A DNA stretch of 64,000 nt from an uncultured Elusimicrobia bacterium (GCA_964537395.1 CAZIBN010000004.1:2115-66114), one strand, 5' to 3'. Counted from the first letter of the stretch, positions 38,023 through 48,988 are shown. Made by a program: numbers and translations. Notes: a model not told the origin generated them from the letters alone.

Positions 38023-39740
38023 TCGTCATAAAAGGGATAGCCGCCAGCCCCGGCATCGCGATCGGCAAGGCCTATGTCGTCGAGGACGAGGACATCGTCG
38101 TCGAGCGCATCGAGATCCCGCGCGACAAGATCAAGCAGGAGGTCCGCCGCTTCAAGGTCGCGCAGAAGGCGACGCACCGCGACCTCGATGCCGCCGAGCA
38201 GAAGGTGCTCAAGGTCCTCGGCAAGCACCATGCCAAGCTCATCGACGCCCATCGCCTCATCCTGAAGGATTCGCTGATCACGCAGGACGTGCCCAAGCGC
38301 ATCCTTGAGGAAGGCGTCAACGCCGAGTTCGCCCTGTCCGAGGCCCTCGAGCAGGTCAACCGCCAGTTCGAGCGCATGGAGGATGAATTCTTCCGCGAGC
38401 GCAGGCATGACCTGTTCGACGTCGGCAAGCGATTGCTCCTGCATCTGATGAAGCGCCAAAAGCGCTCGCTCGCCGACATCGACGAGGAGTGTATCCTCAT
38501 CTCGCGCAATCTTCTGCCCTCCGACACGATGGGGCTCAAGGAGACCAAGATCATCGGGTTCGCCACCGACCTCGGCGGCAAGACGAGCCACACGGCCATA
38601 CTCGCGCAGAGCCTCGAGATCACCGCCGTCGTTGGGCTCTCCGACGTCAGCCGCCGGGTCAAGACCGGCGACACGGTCATCCTCGACGGCGAGCAGGGCC
38701 TCGTCATCATCAATCCCGGTCCCGAGACCGTCGCGAAGTATGAGAAGGTCCAGCAGCGCTCCGTCGCCGAAGAGCGCTCGCTTGAGTCTCTCAAGGGCCT
38801 GCCGACCGTCACTCTCGATGGGCGAGCGTTCAGGCTCGAGGCCAACCTCGATTCGCCCGAGGAGCTCAAGAACGTCGTCGCTCTCGAGGTGGACGGAGTC
38901 GGCCTTTTCCGCACCGAGTATCTTTTCCTTAACCGGACCGAGGCGCCCACCGAGGAGGAGCAGACCAAGGCGTACTGCGCTGCGGTCAAGGCGCTAGGGG
39001 ACCGGGAGGTCATCATCCGCACCGCCGACATCGGCGGGGATCGCCTCTCGATGCTCGGCATCGAGGGGCCGAAGAACGAGACGAACCCGTTCATGGGCCT
39101 GCGCGGCGTGCGGCTCTTCCTGCGCCATCTCGACCTGTTCAAGACGCAGCTGCGCGCCATCCTGCGCGCGTCGCTCAAGGGCAAGGTGCGCGTGATGATC
39201 CCGATGGTCTCCGCCGTCGGCGAGGTTCTCGCCGCGCGACGCCTGCTCGATCAGGCGCGCGCCGAGCTCGCGGCGGAAGGCGTGACCTTTAAGGAAGACC
39301 TCGAGCTCGGCATCATGGTCGAGATCCCCTCGACGGCGATCCTCCTCGACGCGTTCCTGCCCCACGTGGATTTCGTTTCTATCGGAACGAACGACCTGAT
39401 CCAATATACGCTCGCCGTCGACCGCATCAACGAGAACGTCACTCATCTCTACGATCCCTACCACCCGGCCGTCATCCACCTGCTGGATTCGGTCGTGCGT
39501 TCGGCCCATGCGAAAGGCAAGTGGGTCGGCGTGTGCGGCGAGATGACCTCAGACCCGCGCGCGGTGCCGCTGCTCGTCGGCCTGGGAGTCGACGCGATGA
39601 GCATATCGCCCCGGATGTTCCTCAGAGTCAAGCAGACGATCCGCGGCCTGAAGCACGAGTCCATGAAGAAGCTCGTCGCGAAGGCTCTGCTCTGCTCTGA
39701 GTCCGACGAAGTGCGGCGCCTTCTCGAGCAGAACCCCTAG
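38019..39740 (+). CDS. ptsI: phosphoenolpyruvate-protein phosphotransferase (Enzyme I)
   Basis: 573 aa. Carries GGKTSHTAILA (active His), GLFRTEYLF, IGTNDLIQYTLA and CGEM. Confidence 0.95.
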   Translation: MIVIKGIAASPGIAIGKAYVVEDEDIVVERIEIPRDKIKQEVRRFKVAQKATHRDLDAAEQKVLKVLGKHHAKLIDAHRLILKDSLITQDVPKRILEEGVNAEFALSEALEQVNRQFERMEDEFFRERRHDLFDVGKRLLLHLMKRQKRSLADIDEECILISRNLLPSDTMGLKETKIIGFATDLGGKTSHTAILAQSLEITAVVGLSDVSRRVKTGDTVILDGEQGLVIINPGPETVAKYEKVQQRSVAEERSLESLKGLPTVTLDGRAFRLEANLDSPEELKNVVALEVDGVGLFRTEYLFLNRTEAPTEEEQTKAYCAAVKALGDREVIIRTADIGGDRLSMLGIEGPKNETNPFMGLRGVRLFLRHLDLFKTQLRAILRASLKGKVRVMIPMVSAVGEVLAARRLLDQARAELAAEGVTFKEDLELGIMVEIPSTAILLDAFLPHVDFVSIGTNDLIQYTLAVDRINENVTHLYDPYHPAVIHLLDSVVRSAHAKGKWVGVCGEMTSDPRAVPLLVGLGVDAMSISPRMFLRVKQTIRGLKHESMKKLVAKALLCSESDEVRRLLEQNP

Positions 39741-39746
39741 GAAACC

Positions 39747-41555
<1,809 letters not shown>

Positions 41556-41562
41556 AAAATCT

Positions 41563-42564
41563 ATGGAAGAAAGACTTCTGTTCGTCGGTGTCTCCCTCGG
41601 GCTTTTCGCCTGGTACTCCCGCCGCTGGAAGGACCGCGGCGGGCCCGTCTCGCCGTTACAGTCGGCGGCCTGGCACGCGGTGTTCTACGCGATCGCGGCC
41701 TTCTCCATCGTCATGATCCTCACCATGGTGTTCGAGGGCCGCACGAAGGTGATCGCTCTCTGGGCCCGCGCCCTGCGCGTGGGCGACATCATCCCCGCGC
41801 TCACGGCCGCGGCCTTCTTCGCCGTCATCGGCTTCTGGCGCGCGTGGTCCAAGGGCGAGAGCGTGGAAAGCCGCCGATTTTACTTAGATGACGACCTGGA
41901 ATGGGCGGACACCGTGTTCTCCTCGGCCCTGCTCGCCTGGGTCCTCATGACCTTCCTGATCCAGGCGTTCAAGATCCCGTCCGGCTCGATGGAGAAGACG
42001 CTCCTCATCGGCGATCATCTGTTCGTCAACAAGTTCATCTACGGTCTGCGCGTCCCTATCTGGGGCAAGCGCCTACTGTCCCTGCGCTCCGTGCAGCGCG
42101 GCGACGTCATGGTCTTCGAGTTCCCGGTCACGGACCCGCGCGACACGCATTGCGGCAAGATCAACGCGGGTGAGAACTTCATCAAGCGCGCCATCGGCCT
42201 GCCCGGCGAGACGGTCACCGTCAGCAACGGCCGCGTCTTCATCGACGGCAAGCTCATGTCGGACGAGATCTACGCGCAGTGGAATGACTCCTACCGCCAG
42301 CCCGAGTCCGTGCACGCGAAGGAGATCGCTCCGGAGCGCTACCAGCAGCTGTGGCAGGAGCATAAGCTCGATCGCGAGCTCGGCGACATCCAGCGCGACT
42401 TCTTCGGGCCGGTCAAGGTCCCCGCGGGCTCCTACTTCATGATGGGCGACAACCGCGACCACTCCTGCGACTCGCGCTACTGGGGCCCCGTGGACAACCG
42501 CTTCATCAAGGGCAAGGCCTGGTTCATCTACTGGCCGCCGTCCCGCATGAAGGTCGTGCGCTAG
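41563..42564 (+). CDS. lepB: signal peptidase I with extended N-terminal membrane region
   Basis: 333 aa. Carries IPSGSMEKTL (catalytic Ser), KRAIGLPGE and GDNRDHSCDSRYWG. Confidence 0.92.
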   Translation: MEERLLFVGVSLGLFAWYSRRWKDRGGPVSPLQSAAWHAVFYAIAAFSIVMILTMVFEGRTKVIALWARALRVGDIIPALTAAAFFAVIGFWRAWSKGESVESRRFYLDDDLEWADTVFSSALLAWVLMTFLIQAFKIPSGSMEKTLLIGDHLFVNKFIYGLRVPIWGKRLLSLRSVQRGDVMVFEFPVTDPRDTHCGKINAGENFIKRAIGLPGETVTVSNGRVFIDGKLMSDEIYAQWNDSYRQPESVHAKEIAPERYQQLWQEHKLDRELGDIQRDFFGPVKVPAGSYFMMGDNRDHSCDSRYWGPVDNRFIKGKAWFIYWPPSRMKVVR

Positions 42565-43577
42565 GACGCGGCGGCGTAGCCTTCGGGGTTGCCGCTCTGC
42601 CAGCGCCAGGCGTCGGCGCACATGGCGTCCAGGTCGCGCGTGACGGCCCAGCCGAGCTTCTTCTTGGCCAGCGCGGCGTCGGCCCAGATGGCGGCGGAGT
42701 CGCCCGGGCGGCGCGGCATGATCTTGTGCGGGATCGCCTTGCCGGCGGCCTTCGCGGAGGCGGCGATGAGCTCGAGCACGGAGTAGCCGCGGCCGGCGCC
42801 GAGGTTGACGGCCTGAGCGCCCTTAAAAGAGTCGATCTTGTCTAACGCGGCAACGTGGCCGAGTGCGAGATCGACGACATGGATGTAGTCGCGTACGCCG
42901 GTCCCGTCGTGCGTCGGATAGTCCCCGCCCCAGACGTTGACGAATTCGCGGCGGCCGACGGCGGTCTGCATCACGAACGGCATCAGGTTGTTGGGGATGC
43001 CGCGCGGGTCCTCGCCGATACGACCGCTCTCGTGGGCGCCCACGGGATTGAAGTAGCGCAGCAGCGCCATCTTCCAGCGCTTGTCCTCGCTGGCGAGCTC
43101 GTAGCACATATCTTCGATATCGAGCTTTGTCTTGCCGTACGGATTGACGGCCGAGCGCGGGTGGCGCTCGTCGACGGGGTTCTTCTCCACGGCGCCGTAG
43201 ACGGTGCAGGACGACGAAAAAACGAGACGCCGGCAGTCAGTCTTTTCCATCGCGGCCAGCAGGTGATGAGTGCCCAGGACGTTGTTATCAATGTAGAGCT
43301 GCGGCTTCTCGACGGATTCGCCGACGGCCTTGAGGCCGGCGAAGTGCATCACGGCGTCGAATCCCTCGCTCACGAGGGCGTCGAGCCCGTCGGGGTCGCG
43401 CAGGTCTAGCTTCTCCAGGCGCATGGGCTTGCCCGCGAGCGCTTTGACGCGTTCGATCGACTCCGGCGACGAGTTGCTGAAGTTGTCGAAGCCGACGACC
43501 TCGTGGCCCGCCTTCAGCAGCTCGAGGCAGGTGTGGCTGCCGATGTATCCTGATGCGCCGGTGACGAGGACTTTCAT
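42561..43577 (-). CDS. galE: UDP-glucose 4-epimerase
   Basis: Trimmed to MKVLVTGASGYIGSH. YGKTK is the YxxxK motif. ATGA overlap with the upstream ATP-grasp gene. Confidence 0.92.
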   Translation of the reverse strand: MKVLVTGASGYIGSHTCLELLKAGHEVVGFDNFSNSSPESIERVKALAGKPMRLEKLDLRDPDGLDALVSEGFDAVMHFAGLKAVGESVEKPQLYIDNNVLGTHHLLAAMEKTDCRRLVFSSSCTVYGAVEKNPVDERHPRSAVNPYGKTKLDIEDMCYELASEDKRWKMALLRYFNPVGAHESGRIGEDPRGIPNNLMPFVMQTAVGRREFVNVWGGDYPTHDGTGVRDYIHVVDLALGHVAALDKIDSFKGAQAVNLGAGRGYSVLELIAASAKAAGKAIPHKIMPRRPGDSAAIWADAALAKKKLGWAVTRDLDAMCADAWRWQSGNPEGYAAAS

Positions 43578-46042
43578 CAGAACGGGGTCATCGCGCTCTG
43601 CAGGTGATAATAAGGAGGGCGCGCGCGGTACCGCGAGATGCACTCCTTCATGATCTCCTCGATGAAGTCGGCGTAGTTGTGGCCGATCACCTCGGCGCAG
43701 GCGGGCACGCAGTCGCCGTCGGAGATCGACGGGTTGGGGTTGATCTCGAGGATGTACGGGTTGCCCGAGCGGTCGATGCGGACCTCGATGCGCGCGTAGT
43801 CGTGGCAGTCGAAGATGCGGTAGGCGTCGAGGCAGATCTCCGAGATCAGCGCGGAGAGCTTCAGCGAGTACTTCGCCGGGCGCTCGACGCGGATCTTCGA
43901 ATAAACGGAATTGTCTTCCCACTTCGCCTGGTAGGGGTAGATGCCCCAGGTGCCCTTGGGCAGCTCGTCGAAGATGGAGCGCGACAGCGGCAGGACCTTC
44001 ACGCGCTCCTCGTTGCCCATGATCGAGACGTCCACCTCATCGCCCTCGATGAACTCCTCGATGAGGACGGGGCGGTTGTACTTCTCGAGCAGCATCGCGA
44101 CCTGATCCTTGAGCGCCTTGAGGCTCGTGACGACGCTGTTGTTGCTGATGCCGATCGAGTTGTCCATGTTCGCCAGCTTGACCATCAACGGATAGCGGAG
44201 GTCCTCGCGGATGGGCTCGTTCTTCTCGAACACATAGTCGAACTTGGGGGTGGGGAGGCCGTGCTGCTCCAGGATCTTCTTCACCTTGATCTTGTCGATG
44301 CACAGCGCCAAGGTCAGGGGATTGGAGCCCGTGTACGGGATCCCGAGGCAGTCCAGGATGGCGGCGGCGTGGGGTTCCAGCAAGGATGAGTTGTTGATGC
44401 GTTCGCAGACGTTGAAGATCATGTCCACGTTGGCGTTGGCGATCTTCTCGAACGGCAGCGGAGTCTCGTTCATATCGAAGAACGTGACCTTATGGCCCTT
44501 GGACTCGACGGCCTTCTGGATGTTGCGGCCGACCGAGGTCAGGTCGGAATGCACCGCGCCTTCTTCGCCGCCTTCGGGGTCGTAGATGTTGCAGAGGATA
44601 CCGACGTGAAGGGATTTCTTGTCGAAACCGGTCCCGCGCACCTTTTCGATCCGCGCGGATTGAAGGATGCGGCGGCGGGAGACCTGTGCCGCGCCGAAGC
44701 GGTTCTTGCGCCGGGTCTTTCCCAATGACGAGGTGGAATCGAATCTCACGATGTTGACGGACACCCCGTGGATCGCTTCGTCGAGGTTCTCCTCGGCTTC
44801 GGCGTAGGTGTCGCCGCGGCCGACGACCCAGCCGATCGTCTCGAAGCCTTCCGGCGGCACGAGCACGGCGTCGCCGGGCTCCTTCTGCACGGCGATCTCG
44901 AGGACCCTGAGCGGATCGGGCTTCTCCTGCGGGAGCGTGACGCCGGTGACGACGCCGGAGTACTCCGGGATCAGGTACCTGCCGACGAGGTGGCATCGAG
45001 GGTCCTTGAGGCGCTTGGGGTGGCAGGGCTGGCCGATGGCGATGCGCGCGGCCTCCTCGATGACGTCCACCTCCCAGATGGTCTTGATCCAGTCGTAGAG
45101 GTAGTCGCCGCCCATGCGCGCGTTGATCTCGACGAGCTTGGGGCCGGCGGACGTGATCTTAGCCTCGAGGTGCAGAGCGCCGTTGGTGAGGCCCAGGGCC
45201 TTGACGACCTCCTTGGCCATCTTCAGCACATCGGAGAGGTCCTTGTCCTCATGGCGCGACGGCATCGCGTCGCCGGTCTCGACGAAGAAGGGCTCCTTGG
45301 TGGGGAAGTTGTCGTTGAAGGCATGGAACTTGATCTCGCCGTTCTGGACCAGGAGGTCGGCGTCGATCTCGGCCCCGTCCATGAATTCTTCGGCCAAAAT
45401 ATCCGTGCCGTATTTATAAATAGGGTCGAACGCGGGCGTCATGTTGGTCTTGATGTAGTCGAGAGCCTTCTTCGCCTCGTCGAGGGTGTCGAGCTTGACG
45501 ACGAACTGCGACTTCACGCCCCACGCCGGCTTGAGCACCAGCGGGAATCCGATGCGCGCCGCGGCCTTCTCGAGGTCGGTGTGGCTCTTGATGAGCGCCC
45601 AGGCGGGCTGATACTTGCCGAGCTTGGCGTTCTCGAGCGTCTGGCGCGTCAGATATTTGTTCCGGGCGTTGAGGGCGGCCTGAGGCGTGTGGCCGATCCA
45701 GCCGAAGCGCTGGGCGAGCGTGGCGCACAGGGGCACCGCGTTCTCCCAGAAGGTGATGACGCCGTCGATCTTCTCGGTTTTGACGAGCTCCTCGATCTTG
45801 GCCATGCACGCGACCTCGTCGAGCGGGTCGCATTCGACGAAGCCGTCGGTGATCTTGCTGACCCAGTTCGCCTCGGAGGACATCAGGATCATCTTGGAGA
45901 AGCCCAACTCCTTGAGGCGCTGGTAGATGAACTTTTTCTTCGGGTTCGGAGAAGAGATGACGAGGAGGGTCTTGTCCTTGAGATCGGAGGCGGGCTCGGC
46001 GATGGCGGGCTCGGCGTGGTTCATGAAGATAGTGTATGGCAT
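43577..46042 (-). CDS. fusion protein with two ATP-grasp ligase modules (N-terminal L-amino-acid-ligase/carnosine-synthase-like, C-terminal D-Ala-D-Ala-ligase-like)
   Basis: 821 aa. N-terminal half: FPLVLKPAWGVKSQFV, EEFMDGAEIDADLLV, HLEAKITSAGPKLVEINARMGGD. C-terminal half: YPLMVKLANMDNSIGIS, LIEEFIEGDEVDVSIMG, ARIEVRIDRSGNPYILEINPNPSIS. The start is uncertain (46042 or 46024). Confidence 0.8.
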   Translation of the reverse strand: MPYTIFMNHAEPAIAEPASDLKDKTLLVISSPNPKKKFIYQRLKELGFSKMILMSSEANWVSKITDGFVECDPLDEVACMAKIEELVKTEKIDGVITFWENAVPLCATLAQRFGWIGHTPQAALNARNKYLTRQTLENAKLGKYQPAWALIKSHTDLEKAAARIGFPLVLKPAWGVKSQFVVKLDTLDEAKKALDYIKTNMTPAFDPIYKYGTDILAEEFMDGAEIDADLLVQNGEIKFHAFNDNFPTKEPFFVETGDAMPSRHEDKDLSDVLKMAKEVVKALGLTNGALHLEAKITSAGPKLVEINARMGGDYLYDWIKTIWEVDVIEEAARIAIGQPCHPKRLKDPRCHLVGRYLIPEYSGVVTGVTLPQEKPDPLRVLEIAVQKEPGDAVLVPPEGFETIGWVVGRGDTYAEAEENLDEAIHGVSVNIVRFDSTSSLGKTRRKNRFGAAQVSRRRILQSARIEKVRGTGFDKKSLHVGILCNIYDPEGGEEGAVHSDLTSVGRNIQKAVESKGHKVTFFDMNETPLPFEKIANANVDMIFNVCERINNSSLLEPHAAAILDCLGIPYTGSNPLTLALCIDKIKVKKILEQHGLPTPKFDYVFEKNEPIREDLRYPLMVKLANMDNSIGISNNSVVTSLKALKDQVAMLLEKYNRPVLIEEFIEGDEVDVSIMGNEERVKVLPLSRSIFDELPKGTWGIYPYQAKWEDNSVYSKIRVERPAKYSLKLSALISEICLDAYRIFDCHDYARIEVRIDRSGNPYILEINPNPSISDGDCVPACAEVIGHNYADFIEEIMKECISRYRARPPYYHLQSAMTPF

Positions 46043-46116
46043 TCTCCGTCGAGAATCAAACCGCCGCGCCCGTCCCCATTCGTAAAGGCGCGCGAATCGG
46101 CTACAATGTGGGAATC

Positions 46117-46581
46117 ATGGCTCCGGATTTGAATCTCGTCGGCCTCTCCGCACCGGTGCGGCACGCTCTGCAGGCGCTCGCGGTCGTGGCCGCGCGCCCC
46201 GGAATGGCGCTGGAGCTGACGGGTATCGCGCGCCGCTTCGACCTTCCGGAATCCGCGCTTGCCAAAAGTTTTCAGATGCTCGTCCGGGAGGGCGTGCTGA
46301 ATTCCCGGCGCGGCCCGAACGGAGGCTATCGCCTGGACCGTCCGGCGAGCGAGGTCACGCTTGCGGAGGTGATCTCAGCGCTCGGCGGCAACGATCGCCG
46401 GCATGGGCGCTGCCTGCTCGAGGAGCGTGCGTGCTCCGCCGGCGGCGCTTGCGCCCTTCACGCCGCCGCCGTTGAGGCCGACGAGCGGATGCGTTTGGCC
46501 CTGCGCGCGTTGACCTTGGCCGATCTTAAAATACCGCGGCGCGCGAGTCGGCCCTCGAAGGCCGGTCCGCGCGCCGCGTAG
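46117..46581 (+). CDS. Rrf2 family transcriptional regulator (NsrR-like candidate)
   Basis: Trimmed to MAPDLN. wHTH segment IARRFDLPESALAKSFQMLVREGVLNSRRGPNGGYRL, and three Cys in RCLLEERACSAGGAC. TACAAT (46102-46107) lies 9 nt before the ATG. Confidence 0.8.
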   Translation: MAPDLNLVGLSAPVRHALQALAVVAARPGMALELTGIARRFDLPESALAKSFQMLVREGVLNSRRGPNGGYRLDRPASEVTLAEVISALGGNDRRHGRCLLEERACSAGGACALHAAAVEADERMRLALRALTLADLKIPRRASRPSKAGPRAA

Positions 46582-46584
46582 ATC

Positions 46585-48849
46585 TTAAACGAGCTCGGGC
46601 ACGCGCTCGGGAAGCGGCTCCGGCTTGCGCTCCTCGGCGAACGAGTGCCCGGTGGCCAGCCCGATCATGAAGAGGATCAGCGCGACGGCCCCGAGAGCGA
46701 ACACGGTGTCTCCCGGCGCGCGCATCCAGCGCAGGTTTGCCATCAGCGGCGTCTGCAGGAACTCCGGGCTGCGGGCGTACCAGTAGCCCGTGTCGATCGA
46801 CGCGACGGTCTGCAGAAGCCCGATGGGCAGCAGGCTCATCAGGCACATCGCCATCAGCCCGCCGTTGAGGCCCCAGAACGCGAACTTGATCAGGCCGTCC
46901 TTCCAGCGCCGTCCCGCCGTCGCCAGGCGCAGGCAGAACAGCATCAGGCCGATGCCGAGCATGCCGTACACGCCGAACAGCGCCGCGTGGCCGTGCAGGG
47001 GCGTCGTGTTGAGCCCCTGCATGTAATAGAGCGCGGCCGGCGGGTTGATCATGAAGCCGAACAGTCCCGCGCCGACCATGTTCCAGAACGCGACGGCGAC
47101 GAAGAACATCAGCGGCCAGCGGTAGTCTCGCACCCACGGCGCGGCCTTCGAGATGCGCAAGGTGTCCCACGCCTCATAGCCGATCAGGACCAGCGGCACG
47201 ACCTCGAGCGCGCTGAACACCGAGCCCAGCGCCAGCGCCACCGTCGGCGTGCCCGAGAAATACAGGTGGTGCAAGGTCCCGATGATGCCGCCCGCGAGGT
47301 AGATCGTCGCGGCGAGCAAGGTCGCCGAGGCGGCCTTGGCGTCGTCGACGAGCCCCATCTTGGAGAACAGAAAGGCGATGATGACGGTCGCGAACACCTC
47401 GAAGAAGCCCTCGACCCACAGATGCACGACCCACCAGCGCCAGTACTCGACCATGGTCAGGTGCGTGTGCTGGCCCCAGGAGAGGCCCGCCCCGTAGAAG
47501 CCCGCGATCGCGACCGCGGAGACGAGGAACAAGCCGAGAAGCTTCGACGTGCCGGGCTTGGCCTCGATCATCGCCGGGATCACGCAACGCCCGACGAGCG
47601 CGAGCCAGATCAGCAGGCCCGCGAACAGCCCGGCCTGCCACACGCGCCCCAGCTCGACGTACTCGTAGCCCTGGTGGCCCCACCAGAACCAGTTGGTCCC
47701 GGAGAACTTGTGGAACACGCTCATCCACTCGCCGGCGAGCGAGCCGACGACGATGACGACGAGCGCGAAAAGCAACACCCCGACGCCCAGACCCTGATAC
47801 TTGGGCTCGCGGCCGAGTATGATCGGCGCGATGAACAGCCCCGCGGCGAGCCAGCTCGTCGCGATCCAGAACAGCCCGAGCTGTATGTGCCAGGTGCGGG
47901 TCACGACGTACGGGAGCCAGCGGTCCAGCGGCATGCCGAAGAAGCCGTCGCCCTCGACGCCGTAATGGGCCGTGACGATGCCGACGCCGATCTGCGCGAG
48001 TATGAGGCCGGCGACGGTGATGAAGTACGGAATCGTCATCTTCTGCGACGCCGTCAACTTGAGGCCGAGCAGCGGGTCGCGAGCCGGCACGTCCTTCTTG
48101 GCGTGCTCGCCGCCGGCGCCCGCGTAATACCAGACCATCGCGCTGATGCCGCCGAGGAGCATGAGGATGCTGATGCCGGTCCAGAACAGCGCGGCGCCGG
48201 TGGGGCGGTTGCCGATCAAGGGCTCGTGCGGCCAGTTGTTCGTGTAGGTGTGGCTGCTGCCCGGCCGGTTCGTCGACGCGGCCCAGGAGGTCCAGAAGAA
48301 GAACGCGGACAGCTTCAGCGCCTTGTCGGGGTCGCTCACGGCGCCCTTGGGCATCGCGTAGGCCTTTCGGCCGTTGGAGAACACGTCGCTGTAGTGCTTG
48401 AGATTGGAACGAAACGCCGCCGCGCGGGCGGAAGAAACCGTCAGGCGCCCGGTCGCCGCGTCGTAGCCGCTGCTGCGGAACATCGTCTCCAGGCGCTGTC
48501 GCAGGGCCGCTTGGCGCTCGGCCGGAAGGGCCGCGTAGGACCCGGCCTTTTCCGCCTTGGCCCAGCCGTCGAGCACGACGATGAGCTCGCGGTGCAGCCA
48601 GTCGGCCGTCCAGTCGGGGGCGACGTAGGCGCCGTGGCCCCACACCGAGCCGACCTGCATGCCGCCCAGCGCGCGCCACACCTTCTGGCCTTCGGCGATC
48701 GCTCCTTCGGGGAAAAGGGCCGCGCCGGTCTCATCGACGACCTCAAGCGGGATCGGCGGCTTGTGGTTGTTCATCTCCACGCCGACCCAGCCCAGGACGG
48801 CGAACGACCCGACGATCACGACGGTGAAGGCGGCCCATAGCTTTCTCAT
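46585..48849 (-). CDS. norB: nitric oxide reductase, single-subunit quinol-type (qNOR/NorZ-like)
   Basis: Trimmed to MRKLWAAF (AGGAGC Shine-Dalgarno 6 nt upstream), 754 aa. N-terminal TM plus periplasmic domain, then a 12-TM heme-copper-oxidase-like core (WGHQGYEYVELG, HHLYFSG, HGHAALFGVYG). Confidence 0.88.
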   Translation of the reverse strand: MRKLWAAFTVVIVGSFAVLGWVGVEMNNHKPPIPLEVVDETGAALFPEGAIAEGQKVWRALGGMQVGSVWGHGAYVAPDWTADWLHRELIVVLDGWAKAEKAGSYAALPAERQAALRQRLETMFRSSGYDAATGRLTVSSARAAAFRSNLKHYSDVFSNGRKAYAMPKGAVSDPDKALKLSAFFFWTSWAASTNRPGSSHTYTNNWPHEPLIGNRPTGAALFWTGISILMLLGGISAMVWYYAGAGGEHAKKDVPARDPLLGLKLTASQKMTIPYFITVAGLILAQIGVGIVTAHYGVEGDGFFGMPLDRWLPYVVTRTWHIQLGLFWIATSWLAAGLFIAPIILGREPKYQGLGVGVLLFALVVIVVGSLAGEWMSVFHKFSGTNWFWWGHQGYEYVELGRVWQAGLFAGLLIWLALVGRCVIPAMIEAKPGTSKLLGLFLVSAVAIAGFYGAGLSWGQHTHLTMVEYWRWWVVHLWVEGFFEVFATVIIAFLFSKMGLVDDAKAASATLLAATIYLAGGIIGTLHHLYFSGTPTVALALGSVFSALEVVPLVLIGYEAWDTLRISKAAPWVRDYRWPLMFFVAVAFWNMVGAGLFGFMINPPAALYYMQGLNTTPLHGHAALFGVYGMLGIGLMLFCLRLATAGRRWKDGLIKFAFWGLNGGLMAMCLMSLLPIGLLQTVASIDTGYWYARSPEFLQTPLMANLRWMRAPGDTVFALGAVALILFMIGLATGHSFAEERKPEPLPERVPELV

Positions 48850-48880
48850 GTGTATGCTCCTCATAAACGGCTTGTGAATT

Positions 48881-48925
48881 ATTTGTATGCAACATAAATG
48901 CCAGATATAAATATCCGGAATTATA
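48881..48925 (-). promoter_or_regulatory. qNOR promoter region with AT-rich imperfect palindromes
   Basis: On the minus strand there is TATAAT (48920-48925), followed by CCGGATATTTATATCTGG (48901-48918, 7/8 arms) and ATTTATGTTGCATACAAAT (48881-48899). Confidence 0.45.
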
Positions 48926-48988
48926 CGAGGAGGGCCCACGCCTTTAGGACCAAAGGCCCTTTCGGCGAGCGGTGATTTACGCCACTCT

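Noticed and set aside
46645-48840. 731-aa plus-strand ORF and 501-aa minus-strand alternative frame (47174..48679) inside the qNOR gene.
   Set aside because: The 754-aa minus-strand frame has the heme-copper-oxidase-type TM pattern and a good Shine-Dalgarno. The other frames give Arg/Pro/Gly-rich low-information sequence.
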